NCBI RefSeq assembly: GCF_009914755.1
Contig: NC_060941.1
Direction: 5' to 3' (one strand)
Length of the DNA stretch: 64,000 bases
Origin: the human T2T-CHM13v2.0 reference genome, Homo sapiens
A program made the translations under genes and the position numbers. Below are positions 40,338-57,037 of this stretch, piece after piece. Position 1 is the stretch's first letter. Each line of letters starts with the position of its first letter. Below the pieces are notes generated by a model. It worked only from the letters and a program-made list of their open reading frames with translations, did not search any database and was not told where the DNA came from.

Positions 40338-40480
40338 TATTTTTTTCAGAGGGTAGTTCAGGTATGGGTATAATCCATGTATAGAACTTATGGCAACTTT
40401 CAGTTGCTCAAATTGCTCCTGTTCCCATGCATATGGAATTAGCAGCTGCAAATGTACTATGATTTGAGAAGCTCTAGAAG
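40338..40480. repeat. Left arm of a perfect 143-bp inverted repeat
   Basis: Base-by-base reverse complement of 43345-43487 (143/143). The ORF track shows the same peptide QLLIPYAWEQEQFEQLKVAISSIHGLYPYLNYPLKKI on opposite strands. Confidence 0.97.
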
Positions 40481-41699
40481 GCTTATTTGCACCCCCCAAA
40501 ATTTGTCCCATCTCTTAGTATTAGGGCACCTGAAATTCTTTCATCAGAGACTCAATTAAGTATTGATGTCTTTTATAAAATTCAAACATTCCTAGGGGAA
40601 ATAGTAAAGTAAGCCACTGATACTTTATGATAAATGAATGTATTAAATTGTTTCTACCTCAAAGGTAACCCAAAGGATGTGGAATTAGTATTCTATTAAT
40701 TATTCTGCTTTGTATTTGCTTCATACCTGTCTCTAAGAACTTCACTTATAATTATTATTTCACTCTTCATCAGAAAAATAAGTACGCTTAGGGCAAGTTA
40801 TTTCCTTCTTTTATGGAATATCTGGATTAGACAATACCATCTCAATTTCCTATAGGCTTTTGAGAGTCACATTGTGGAAAGCCAAACTCATTATCTTTTC
40901 CCTTTCTAAACTCACTTCTCTGCCTATGTTCCTTTAAAAAAAAAGGGGGGGCAGGAATCTATCATGCACCCAGTCAGCTAATAAGGCTCACAGAATTTGT
41001 CACTGGGTTTCCTGATCTCTCTAGCCCCTTCATCCAATCACTAACAAAATGTAGTCTATTTTATTTCCTTCATCTTTTGAATCTGTCCAGCCCACCCCAT
41101 CCCCATTGCCACAAGCTTTAGTTGAAGTCACCAGCTCTCATGGGGTAATTTTTTAAGAGCTCCATCCTTGGTTGTCCCCCACCACTGTTCCTACATCCCT
41201 CCCCTTTCCAGCAATCCTCTAGCTGCTACCAGAGCAATTCTCTAAAAAAGCAAATCTCAATTTTTCCTTCAAAGTCTCCAATGCTGCCCTGTTGGGTACA
41301 GGTTAAAGTCTATGATTCTTATCATGGCATGCAAGTTCTTTGGTGGTCTGGCCCTGCTACCTCTTCAGGCTTCTTTCCAAAGGTCCTGGTGTGGTTGATG
41401 AAATGTACCACTGTGAGTGTCAAAGCCCAGAAAAACTTCATGGGGGCCCTCACTGGTACTGACTTACCAGTGACACCATGATGTTTCCCATCTCTATATC
41501 CTAAGCTGAACTATTATACCTAGAATGCCCCTTTTCCCCTTCCTGCTAGTTAATTCCTCATTCATCATTCAAAATCCTTCTCAGGCATCACTTTCTCTAG
41601 CCCATTTTCCCACAACCTCTTATCCAATGACCACATCCTGTCACACAGAAAGTTCATCACTCACCCCTCTGTGCTACTTCTATGTTTTAGGTTTTTTGA

Positions 41700-41876
41700 G
41701 AAAAGTGTTTAGAGGTTAAGATCTCAAATCTAGAATCATACTACCTAGGTTTGAATCCCAGATTTACTACTCTTTAATAGTGCCTCAATTTCTATCTGTG
41801 TAAAATGGAGATAATAATAGTCATTCCTTCACATGGCTATTATGGGATTCAATACGTTGATACATGTAAAAACACT
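41700..41876 (+). mobile_element. MIR SINE (resumes at ~42233-42270 after MLT1A)
   Basis: ctaggtttgaatcccag...gtgcctcaatttctatctgtgtaaaatggagataataatag. Confidence 0.7.
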
Positions 41877-42232
41877 GCAACACACTGAATGCTTATGTTT
41901 CTCCGAAAGCCAAATGTTGAAATCTTAACCCCCAAGGTGGTGGTATTAGGAACTGAGGCCTTCAAGAAGATATTAGGTCATAAGAACCCTGCCCTCATCA
42001 TTGAAGTTAGTGCCCAACCCCAGAGAGCTAACTAGTTCCTTCCGCCATGTGAAGCTATAGCAAGAGGGTTCTGTGTTTGAAGCAGAAAGTCAGCCCTCAC
42101 CAGGCACCAAATCTACTGGTTGCCTTGATCTTGGACTTTCCAGTCTCCAGAACTGTGAGAAATAAATGTTTACTGTTTACAAGCCACCCAGTTTATGGTA
42201 TTTGGTTACAGCAGCCTGAAGGGACTAAGACA
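41877..42232 (+). mobile_element. MLT1A-like MaLR solo LTR
   Basis: tgttgaaatcttaacccccaaggtggtggtattagg...gccttgatcttggactttccagtctccagaactgtgagaaataaat...gactaagaca. Confidence 0.8.
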
Positions 42233-42278
42233 GGTATTATTCTAAATAGCACCTGGCTCATAGAAAGTGTTATAGAAG

Positions 42279-42667
42279 TGTATTAGTCTGTTCTCACACT
42301 GCCACTAAATGAAATGTATAAAGGAAAGACTGGGTAATATATGAAGTAAAGAGGTTTAATGGAATCACAGTTCCACATGGCTGTGGAGGGCTCACAATCA
42401 CATGCTCACAATCACAGCTCACATGGCTGTGGAAGGCAAAGGAGAAGCAAAGGCATATCTTACATGGCGGCAGGCAAGAGCACTTGTGCAGGGGAACTCC
42501 CATTTAAAAAATCATCAGAACTCATGAGATTTATTCACTACCATGAGAATGGTATGGGGGAAACCGCCCCCACGATTCAATTATCTCCACCTTGCCCTGC
42601 CCTTGACATGTGGGGATTATTACAATTCAGGGTGAGATTTGGGTGGAGACACAGCCAAGCCATATCA
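42279..42667 (-). mobile_element. THE1 (THE1D-like) MaLR solo LTR
   Basis: tgtattagtctgttctcac...cacagccaagccatatca; TSD agaa[g/a] at 42274-42278 and 42668-42672. Confidence 0.88.
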
Positions 42668-42778
42668 AGAAATATAAGCTAGTATTATTAGTCCATAATT
42701 TCGCATACCACACTATTTCATAGCTATGCATTTGCATAACTGACTTCCTTTCTAGCGTATGAGCTCCTTGGGAACAGG

Positions 42779-42894
42779 TAGGGTAACCAGCTCATTTCAA
42801 TTTGCCTAGTACTTTCCCAGTTTTAGCTCTGAAAGTACTGCATCCTGGAAACCCTCTCTCAGTCCTGAACAAACTAAGACAGTTGGTTACCCTA
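42779..42894. mobile_element. MER81-like hAT-Blackjack MITE
   Basis: TIRs tagggtaacca / tggttacccta; internal gttttagctctgaaagt. Confidence 0.75.
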
Positions 42895-43344
42895 TGTGGG
42901 ATACTATCTTACTTACTTTTTAATCCCTTGGGTCTATCACAGGATACACAGGTTACAAAGTAGATCATCCATAAGTATTTGTTGAACTGTAGAATCAATA
43001 CTAATCATCTTTCTATCCTCTTCTTCATAAATGTATGCTTTCATACTTCAAAAATAGTGTTCCTCTTGCCAAGGAGTTACTGCTGACTTTTCAAAACTTA
43101 TCACTTAATATATATACATTAAAGTGCACAGGAACTAGAAAGGTGGCTTCCACTCTGTGTCATCATTGTAATAGGATTGGCCACCCTTTAGCACTCAAAG
43201 ACACACCTGTTATGTTAACAGCAGGTGAGGAATGGAAAGAGTCTAACTTTCTTTTCTGCCTAGTGACAGGCAGGTTGAAGCCTTAAGGTCCCCTAGTTCA
43301 CATCACAGCTAGAAAAGCAATCTTTTGCTTTTAGAAGCCAATTG

Positions 43345-43487
43345 CTTCTAGAGCTTCTCAAATCATAGTACATTTGCAGCTGCTAATTCCATATGCATGG
43401 GAACAGGAGCAATTTGAGCAACTGAAAGTTGCCATAAGTTCTATACATGGATTATACCCATACCTGAACTACCCTCTGAAAAAAATA
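43345..43487. repeat. Right arm of a perfect 143-bp inverted repeat
   Basis: Exact reverse complement of 40338-40480; spacer 2864 bp. Confidence 0.97.
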
Positions 43488-43959
43488 TTTCAATCCCAGT
43501 CAGAAATGTCCCTCTCACTGACTATATCTGTCTACCCACCTGTCAAGCATGGTTAGAACTCCTATTTTGAATATGCTATGTCTTACAACTGCTTCTCATC
43601 CAGACTGGCTCAGACCTTTTGTCACAGTACAAATATGCTGAGAAAGTCCCACAACCAAGCTCCACTGAAACATGAACTCTGGAGGTGCCAGAACTCACAA
43701 CATGACAGGAAGTCTTGACTTCAGAATCAAGATCTAGGGAGATGAAGCTGACAGGCAGCCAGATCAAGTTCCCTTAGAAATAATAATAGCAGAGTTGTTG
43801 TAAGTATGGACTTTGGAGCCAGAGTTCAAATCCTGCTGCTCCATTTACTGGCTGTAACATCTTGGACAGGTTAGCTAACCTCTCTGGGCCTCAGTAAAAT
43901 GAGAATATGGTCAAAGCAGCTATTTCCTCAGATAATTATTATTATATCTTGTTTTAGCA

Positions 43960-44400
43960 TGTAAAAACAAAACTTAAGGTAAAGCCAATTGCAAATTATC
44001 TGTTGGGTATTGGGAGATACAACCTCAGGGCATCAAGAGTGAAGAAAAAAGGGAAGTGAGTCAAGGAAGAAAGGAAAACAAAGGTGGCTGTAACTGAAAT
44101 AGCACTTGCTTCACAAGAAAACACATCTTGTTGTTCTTTTATATATGTTGGCTTCCAGGTAGCCCTCAGAACAGTCTATAGCAAGCAATAGAGAAGAAAT
44201 TATCTACTGGCTACTGAAAGTCTCCTGTGTCTCACTGGTCCAATGTTCTCCATTTTCGGTGGTGTTACTCAGTCTCTTAGGGTAGCCACAAGCGAAGCGA
44301 AGGCCTCCATGGGTCTTGTTGGGTCAGGGCTGCTGCAGCTACTGTCACAACAAGCATGATGGAGACCATATCAAAACACGCCCTCTCCCTGAGACAGCTG
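43960..44400. mobile_element. Possible old ERVL LTR (LTR16-like)
   Basis: ttgggagatacaacctcaggg...aagggaagtgagtcaaggaagaaagg resembles LTR16; highly diverged. Confidence 0.35.
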
Positions 44401-44549
44401 GTAGTTTAGGAGACAGGATGATGGCGGCAATCGAGGCTCTCTGCTTATGTAAGCAGCAAAGCCCAGGGAACAGGTGCTTGTGAAGCCAACATGAGGAGGC
44501 TCCACTCTGCACAGGCTACTCTTCCCATTTTGGACCTGCATTCTCCAGG

Positions 44550-45930
44550 CCAATGTACTATTTTTTTCCTATGTTTTGTTCTAAACATTTTATAGTTTTA
44601 GCTTTTACATTTAGGTCTAGGATGATCTATTTCAGGTTAATTTTTGTATATGATGTGAAATAGGGATTGAGGGTTTTTACATTTTTCAGTATGGATATAC
44701 CATTGTTCTAGTACAATTTGTTGAAAAGATTATCTTTTTTCCTATTGAATTACCTTGACATCTTTTTCAGAGATGAATTGATCATATACGTACAGGTTGT
44801 TTCCTGGCTCTCTATGCTGTGTCATTCATCTATATTTCTATCTTTATGAAATTGTCTTTATCTATATGGCTAGCCTTAATCTAATCCTGTATGTCTTAAT
44901 TACTGTAGCTTCTTAGGGAGTTTTGAAATCACATAGTGTAAGTCTTCCAACTTTGTTCTTCTTTTTCAAAATTGTTTTGGCTATTTTAGATCCTTTCCAT
45001 TTCTGTAAAAATTTTAGAATCTGCTTGTCAATTTCTACTGAAATAAAAAGCCTGCTAGGATTTTGATTGAGATTGCATTGAATGTATAGGTCAGTTTGGA
45101 AGAACTGACACTTTAACAATACCTATTCTTCCAATCCATGAACAAGGTGTGTATATATGTGTGTATATATATATATCTTCTTTAATTTCATTATTTAATA
45201 TCATGTCATGTTCAGCATCCAGGCTTTTCATAAGTAGATTTTTATAGATTTATTAGATTATTCTATGTAAACTTTCATGTTATCTGCAAATGAAGACTAT
45301 CTCATTTCTTTCTTTCCAATATATATGTCTTCGACTTATTTTTCTTGCCCTACTTCACTGGCTAGGATGCCCAGTACAATAGAAAAAGTAGGAGTAGACA
45401 TTTTTGCCTTGTTTCTGATCTTAGATAGAAGAGCTTAGTCTTTACTCATTAAGTATGATATTGGCTATAGGTTTTAAAATATTCTTTTAATCAGATTGAA
45501 GAGGTTCCCTTACATTCCTGAAAGATTTTTTTACCATGAATAAATGTTGTATATTATTAAATCCAATTGCTTTTTATGAATCCATAGAGATAATCATATA
45601 GTTTTTCCTCCTTGTCCTCTCTTTTAATATATTAAATTACATTGACATTAATGGGTAGATAAATGTTATACTAACCTTGCCTTCTTGGAATGAACCCTGC
45701 CTAGTCGTGATGCATTATCCTTTTTATAATATACATTGCTGGATTTAATTTTGCTAACGTTTTGTTGAAATTTTTTGCCTCCATGTTCATGATAGACATT
45801 GGTCCATACCTTTTTTTTCATGTCTTGCCTTTTTCCTGGTTTTAGTATCAAGGCAGTACTAGCCTTGAAAATGAAGCCAAAGTTTTGGAAGAGTTGTATG
45901 TCGAATTGGTATCATTCCTTAAAGGTCTGG
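44550..45930 (-). mobile_element. Old L1M ORF2 fragment
   Basis: ORF 44913..45119 (IAKTILKKKNKVGRL) is degenerate L1 ORF2. Confidence 0.75.
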
Positions 45931-46249
45931 TAGGCTGTAACATTTAACATGACATTTATTAAAGATTTTAGGATAAAGTATTAGCATACGGAAAAAGAAA
46001 ATGTAAAACTAGAAATTAACATTCCCATAAAAGGTGGTCTCCTAGCTAATATCTCCTAAAGCCTGGTCCTATAGCCAAGTTGTAGAGACCAGCCCACCTT
46101 TGACCAACCGTGTGTTTCCCTCTCTTTGGAACTCGGGTCCCCTACATCTTTATTAAGGAAGAAAATGATACATCTTGTTGCTTAAAGCAAACCCCATGGG
46201 ATTTAATTTCATTATTAAATATTAAGTATTATTAAATTAAAATAACATC

Positions 46250-46690
46250 TAACAATTGAATAAATGAATAGTGGCATATCCATACAATGGAATACTTCTC
46301 AGCAATAAAAACTGAAGGACTATTGACACGAAGAGTATAGATGGATCTCAAAATGTTTACGCTGATTTAAAGAAGGTGGATTTTAAAAGTGTGCATACTG
46401 AATATTCCATGTGTATATTCAAGAAAATGAAACATGATCTATAGTATCAGCAAGAATGTTGATACTTCCCTAGAAACTGTGGGGGCAGTGAAGGGATTTT
46501 AATCAGGGGAGGGGGGAAAAGATTACAAAAAGACACAAAGAAACTTTTAAGGATAATGTATATGTTCATTATCTTGATTGTGACAAATGGTTTCATGAGT
46601 GAACACTTATGTCAAAGCTAATCAAATTGTACTTTTTAAAACATGCAGTTTATTTTATGTTAATTATACCTCAAAAGACCTGTTAAAGGA
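46250..46690 (+). mobile_element. Old L1M 3' end
   Basis: atccatacaatggaatacttctcagcaataaaa...tatgttcattatcttgattgtg...aattatacctcaa. Confidence 0.7.
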
Positions 46691-46984
46691 TAATAACTAA
46701 TATTTATTGAACACCTATTTTTTCAAGCACTCTGCTAAACAATGTATACGTATTTGCTCATTTAAAATTCTGATATCCCTTTTTGGACAATACATGACTA
46801 CTATTAACATGAGGAATAATGTTAATTATGAGGAAATTGAGGTTCAGGGAAGCTAAATAAGTTGCTCAAGGTCATACAGTTAATAAGTTAAAAAGTCAAA
46901 ACATAAATAAAGTTCAATCAGTCTTATATCAGAGCCATACTTTTAATACTGTGCTTAAAACCACCATAAAGAATGGAATAAAAT

Positions 46985-50628
<3,644 letters not shown>

Positions 50629-51479
50629 TAAAGAATGGAATAAAATGTAATGATAGACTTCAACCTGTGGGTTTTTCAGTGAAAATGGCTAATAAGGAAC
50701 GCTCTCTTAAGAGTGATATCCCAGATTTAACACAACAGATACAGTTTCCTTGTCCAGTCTTTTTAAAGGACTCTATATTTATTTTACCTGCCATATATTT
50801 ATTTAACACTTGAGGTTTTTTTTTTTCAGTTCAGTTTAAAGTTGCAAAGAGTACCGTTGCTATCCATTTCAAGATACTCTTATGGATGCTATAGAGATTA
50901 CATGATGTATTATTCAAGATCCCAGCAAGAATCATATAGTGCATTCAAACAGAAGAACAGAGGGGAGGTTACTAATAAGAACACTTACAAAAGAATGGGC
51001 AAGTTAGTGAAAACCAGTAAGGAATGGTAAAGCCTGAAGGGACAAAAGGAGGAGCAATTTCTGTAATGCAGAGGAAATAAGTTGTATTGAAAGGGATACC
51101 CCACAGATGAAGAGGGGTAAATATCACTACCTTACTCTCCAATTTCCAGCCAGTGCCTCCCATTGGGTGGGCAATATCAAGGCTTCTAATCCATGAACAA
51201 GGAATGTCTTTCTATTTGTTTATATTTTTCTTAATTTATTTCAATGGTGTTTTGTATTTTCTGAAAATTAGTTTTTTTACTTCTTTTGTTAAATTTATTT
51301 CTAAGTATTTTAATCTTTTGATGCTATTGTAAATTAAATTGTTTTCTTTATTTATTTCCATTTCATTGTCATTTAAATCAGAAAGGAGAAAAAATACAAA
51401 AATAAAAGATAAGTTTATGCTCTCTTTATATTTATACTGTATTTTATATTTGTCTGTATAATTTCCTTCTCGATGCTTT

Positions 51480-54400
51480 CTCTTTTTTAACTTTGGTTTA
51501 AGTTCAGGGTATCAGTGCAGGTTTGTTATATAGGTAAACTTGTGTCATGGGGTTTTGTTTTACAGATTGTTTCATCACCCAGGTGTTAAGCCTAGTACCC
51601 ATTAGTTGTTTTTCCTGATCCTCTCCCTCTTCCTATCCTTCACCCTCTGAAAGGCCCCAGTATCTCTTGTTCCCCTCTATGTGTCCATGTGTTATCATTT
51701 AGCTCTCACTTATAAGTGACAACCTGCAATATTTGGTTTTCTATTCCTGTGTTAGTTTGCTAAGGATAATGGCCTCCAGCTCCACCCATGTCCCTGCAAA
51801 GGTCATAATCTTGTTCTTTTTATAGCTGCATAGTATTCCATGTTATATGTGTACCACATATTCCTTATTCAGTCTATCATGGATGGACATTTAGGTTGAT
51901 TCCATGTCTTTGCTACTGTGAATAGTCCTGCAATGAACATATGCATGTATGTCTTTATAATACAATGGTTTATATTCCTTTGGGTATATACACAGTATTG
52001 GGATTGCTGAGTCAAATGGTATTTCTGTCTTTAGGTCTTTGAGGAATCACCACACTGTTTTCCACAATGGCTGGACTAATTTACACTCCCACCAACAGTG
52101 TATAAGTGTTCCTTTTCCTCCACAAACTTGCCAGCAACTGTTATGTTTTGACTTTTTAATAGTAGCCATTCTGACTAGTGTGTGATGGTATCTCATTGTG
52201 GTTTTGATTTGTATTTCTCTAATGATTAGTAATGATGAGCTTTTTTCATATGATTGTTGGCTGCATGTATGTCTTCTTTTGAAGAAAAAGTGTCTGTTCA
52301 TGTCCTTTGCCCACTTTTTGATGGGGTTGTTTGTTTCTTGTAAATTTGTTTAAGTTCCTTGTAGATGCTGGGTATTAGACCTCGTCAGATGTATAGTTTG
52401 CAAAAAATTTCTCTTTTTCTGTAAGTTGTCTGTTTACTGTGTTGATAGTTTCTTTTGCTGTGCAGAAGCTCTTTAGTTTAATTAGATCCCACTTGTCAGT
52501 TTTTGCTTTTGTTGCAAATGCTTTTGGCATCTTCATCATGAAATATTTGCCCATGCCTATGTCCTGAATGACACAGCCTAGGTTGTCTTCCAGGGTTTTT
52601 TTTATAGTTTTGGGATTTAAATTTAAGTCTTTAATCTATCTTGAGTTAATTTTTATATATGATGTAAGGAAGGGTTCCAGTTTCAGTCTTCTGCTTATGC
52701 CTAGCCAGTTATCCCAGCACCATTTATTGAATAGGGGATCCTTTCCCTATTGTCTTTATCAACTTTGTCGAAGATCAGATAGTTGTAGGTGCACAGTCTT
52801 ATTTCTGGGTTTGCTATTCTTTTCCATTGGTCTATGTCTCTGTTCTTGTGCCAGTACCATGCTGTTTTGTTTACTGTACCCCTGTGTTATAGTTCAAAGT
52901 TGGGTAGCATGCTGCCTCCAGCTTTGTTCTTTTTGCTTAGGATTGTCTTGACTATTCGGGCTCTTTTTTTGGTTTTATATGAATTTTAAAATAGTTTTTG
53001 CTAGTTCTGTGAAGAATGTGAATGGTAGTTTAATAGGAGTAGCATTAAATCTATAAATTGCTTTGGGCAGTATGGCCATTTTCATGATATTGATTCTTCC
53101 TATCCATGAGCATGGAATGTTTTTCCATTTGTTTGTGTCATCTCTGATTTATTTGAGCAGTGGTTTTAGTTCTCCTTGTAGAGATCTTTCACCCCCCTAG
53201 TTAGCAGAATTCCTAGGTATTTTATTCTTTTTGTGACAGTTGTGAATGGGAGTAGATTCCTCTTTTGGCTGTTGGCTTGACTGTTGTTGGTATATAGGAA
53301 TGCTAGTAGTTTTGGCACATTGATTTTGTATCCTGAGACTTTGCTAAAGTTGTTTATCAGTTTAAGAAGATTTGGGGCTGAGACTGTGGGATTTTCTAGA
53401 TATAAGATCATATCATCTGCAAACAGGGATAGTTTTGACTTCCTCTCTTCCTATTTGAATGCCCTTTCTTTCTTTCTGTTGCCTGATTGCCTTGTCCAGA
53501 ACTTCCAGTGCTATGTTGAATAGGAGTAGTGGGAGAGGGCATCCTTGTTTTATGCCGGTTTTCAAGGGGAATGCTTCCAGCTTTTGCCCATTCAGTATGA
53601 TGTTGGCTGTGGGTTTGTCATACATGGCTCTTATTATTTTGAGGTATGTTCCTTCAGTACCTAGTTTATTGAGAGTTGTTAACATGAAGAGATGTTGAAT
53701 TTTATCAAAAGCCTTTTTTTCATCTATTGAGATAATCATGTGGCTTTTTTTCTTTAGTTCTCTTTATGTGATGAATCACATTTATTGATTTGCATATGTT
53801 GAACCAACTTTGCATCCTAAGGATGAAGTCTATTTCATCATGGTGGATATACTTTTTGATGTGCTGCTGGATTTAGTTTGCCAGTATTTTGTTGAGGATT
53901 TTTGCATCAATGTTCTTCCAGGACATTGGCCTAAAGTTTTTTTTTTTATTATAGCTCTGCCAGGTTTTGGTATCAGGGTGATGCTGGCCTCATAGAATCA
54001 GTTAGGGAAAAGTCCCTCCTTTGCAATTTTTTGGAATCGTTTCAGTAGGAACGATACCAGCTTTTCTTTGTACATCTGGTAGAATTCAGCTGTGACTCCA
54101 TCTGGCCCTGGGCTTTTTTTGCTTGGTAGGCTATTTATTACTGCATCAATTTCAGAACTCATTATTGGCCTCTTCAGGGATTCAGTTTCTTCTTGGTTCA
54201 GTGTTGGGAGGGTGTATGTGACCAGGAATTTATCCATTTCTTCTAGATTTTCTGGTTTATGTGCATAGAGGTGTTTATCATATTCTCTGATAGTTGTTTG
54301 TATTTCTGTGGAGTCAGTGGTAATATCCCCCTTATAATTTCTGATGTGTTTATTTGAATATTCTCTCTTTTCTTCTTTATTATTCTAGCTAATGGTTTAT

Positions 54401-55370
54401 CTTTTTTTTTTTTTCAAAGAAAAAGCTCCTTGATTAATTGATCTTTTGAATGGTTTTTCATGTCTCTACCTCCTTAAGTTCAGCTCTGATTTTGGTTATT
54501 TCTTGTCTTCTGCTAGCTTTGGGATTTGTTTGCTCTTGGTTCTCTAGTTTTTTTTGTTGTGATGTTAGGTTGTTAACTTGAGATCTAACTTCTTAATGGG
54601 GGCACTTAGTGCTGTAAATTTCCCTCTTAACACTGCCTTAGCTGTGTCCCAGAGATTCTGGCACATTGTATTTTTGTTCTCATTAGTTTCAAAGAACTTC
54701 TTGATTTCTGCCTTAATTTAATTATTTACCCAAATGCCATTCAGGAGCATATTATTCAATTTCCATGTAATTGTATGGTTTTGAGTGAATCTCTTAGTCC
54801 TGAGTTCTAATTTGATTGTAACGTGGTCCAAGAGATTGTTTGATATGATTTCAGTTCTGCATTTACTAAGGAGTGTTTTACTTCCAATTATGTGATCAAT
54901 TTTAGAGTAAGTACCATGTGGTGATTAGAAAAGTGTATATTCTGTTGTTCTGGGGTGGAGAGTTCTATAGATATCTATCAGGTCCATTTGTTTCAGTGTT
55001 GAGTTCAGGTCATCTTTGTTAATTTTCTGTCTTGGTGATCTGTCTTATACTGTCAGTGGGGTGTTAGAGTCTCCCACTGTTATTGTGTGGGAGTCTAAGT
55101 CTCTTTGAAGGTCTCTAAGAACTTGCTTTATGAATCTGAGTGCTCCTGTGTTGGTTGCATATATATTAAGATATTTAAGATAGTTAGACATTCTTGCTGA
55201 ATTGAACCCTTTACCATTATGTAATGTCTTTCTTGGTTTTTGTTGTTGTTCTTTGTTGGTTTAAAGTCTGTTTTGCCAGATACTAGGATTGCAAATTCTG
55301 CTTTTTTCTGTTTTCCATTTGTTTGGTAGCTTTTCCTCATCCCTTTATTTTGAGTCTATATGTGTCATTG
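51480..55370 (-). mobile_element. Older primate L1PA (about L1PA11-15), 5'-truncated within ORF2
   Basis: 3' UTR antisense ataggtaaacttgtgtcatgggg...aagcctagtacccattag; multiple broken ORF2 frames (53166-54237, 55128-55340). Confidence 0.9.
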
Positions 55371-57021
55371 CTCAATTATTTATCTTTCTTCATGTGGATT
55401 TGCATTACTATCTAGTGTTCTTTCATTTCAACCTGAAGGTGTCGTGTTTGTGTTTATTGTACAGTAGGTATAATATCAAAGTTTTTGTTTATCTGGCAGT
55501 ATCTTAATTTCCTCTTTATTTTTGAAATGTAGTTTTGTTGGGTAGAGAAATTCTTGACAGTCTTTTTTGTTCATCACTTTGATTATGTTTTACCACTTCC
55601 TTTTGGCCCCTGTGATTTTTGGTGAAAATTAGCTGTTAATCTTTTTGAGGATCCTTGTAATGTGATGAGTCTTTTCTCTCTTGCTATCTTTAACTTTCTC
55701 TCTATGTCTTTGGCTTCTAATGGTTTGATTTTGATGTATCTAGATGTGGCTCTCTTTGAGTTTATTCTACTTAATGTTCATTGAGCCTGTTGATGCATAG
55801 TTAAATAGGGGCATATTTTGGCCATTATTTCTTCAAATAGCCTTTCTATACCTCTCTTCTTCTCCTGGGACTCCTATTATTTGTATATTGGTATACTTGA
55901 CAGTGTTCCAAGGATCTCTGCACTCTTCACTTTTCTTCATATTTTTTCACTCCTCATACTGGATAATCTTGATTGATCTATCTTTATGTTTGCTGATTCT
56001 TTCCTCTGCCTGCTCAAATCTGCTGTTGAGTATATTTTTCATTTGTTAATGTACTTTTAAATTTTAGAATTTCTATTTAGTTCTTGATTTTCTTCATAAT
56101 TTCTATCTCTTTATTATATTTTCTATTTGGCAAGACATCATTCTCAGAATTTTCTTTATTTCTTTGGGTATGGTTTAGCTCTTTGAACATATTTAAAATA
56201 GCTAATATAAAAGTCTTTGTGTAGTAAGCCCAATATTTGGGCTTCTGCAGGAATCATTTCTATTGACTGCTTTATTTCCTCGTATGGGACATAGTTTCTG
56301 TTTCTGTGCATGCCTCATACATAGTTTTCTTGAAAACTAAGCATTTTATTAATGATGTAGCAACTCTGGAAACTATATTACCCCTTCTCCCCAGTGTTCA
56401 TTGTTGTTTAATGATTTTTCAGAATTAAATTTGTAAAATCTATATTTTTTTGTTATATGTGGCCACTGAAGTTGCTACTTGGTTAACTTAGTGGTGAGTT
56501 AATGATTGAACAGAGATTTCCTTAAATGCCTAGAACTGATAAGCATCCTAGTTTTTGCTGAAGAGCTCTGCATGTGTGTGTTGGGGCACACCTTCAATAC
56601 TCAGCCAGGCAGCTGAAAATACCACCTTAGTCTTCACTTCCTGCTTGCAGAGCCATGAAGTCAGACAGAGATGAGATTTTAGGATCTTCTCAGGTCTTTT
56701 CTGAGCATGCTCCCTGCCCTGTAGTCTGTTAGATTCTCAGGAAAATGACAGAGCTTTTCAAAGCTCTCTGTGGACATCTAATTCTCCATCTAACATAGTT
56801 AAACTACTGTTAAACAATTACTAATCTTTGTTTTTGGAAAGAAAAAAAAACAACAGAAAAAAAGGCTATTAGCCCTTCATGAGCTCTAAGTCAGAGCGAA
56901 TGAAGATAAGCCTTGTGAGTAGGATTTTCTAGAAAACCCCCAGACAGATGAAATAATGACAGTTCTCTGGAAGAGGCATTTTAAAGGAGCTACAACCCCA
57001 TTCTGCCCCCTTCCAGTGGCT
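55370..57021 (-). mobile_element. Old L1M ORF1/5' region, resuming at ~58623-58905
   Basis: Degenerate L1M-like antisense sequence (aaattagctgttaatctt...gaggatccttg; tttggccattatttcttcaaata). Confidence 0.6.
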
Positions 57022-57037
57022 GACAGGCTACTGTTTT

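Larger units (their letters stand above)
40800..42990 (+). mobile_element. Fragmented L2 filling most of the inverted-repeat spacer, with nested MIR, MLT1A, THE1 and MER81
   Basis: L2-like body (catccaatcactaacaaaatgtagtctatttt; ccagagcaattctctaaaa) and 3' end ataagtatttgttgaact at ~42971-42988. Confidence 0.55.

Noticed and set aside
40338-43487. Inverted repeat as TIRs of an intact DNA transposon
   Set aside because: No TSD, no transposase remnant, and the interior consists of diverged L2, MIR and LTR sequence, which is incompatible with a young element.
40248-43556. Identical peptide in ORFs 40248..40511 (-) and 43374..43556 (+) as a duplicated small gene
   Set aside because: A consequence of the DNA inverted repeat. 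The ORFs diverge outside the arms, the + copy starts at TTG, and there is no recognisable domain or splice context.
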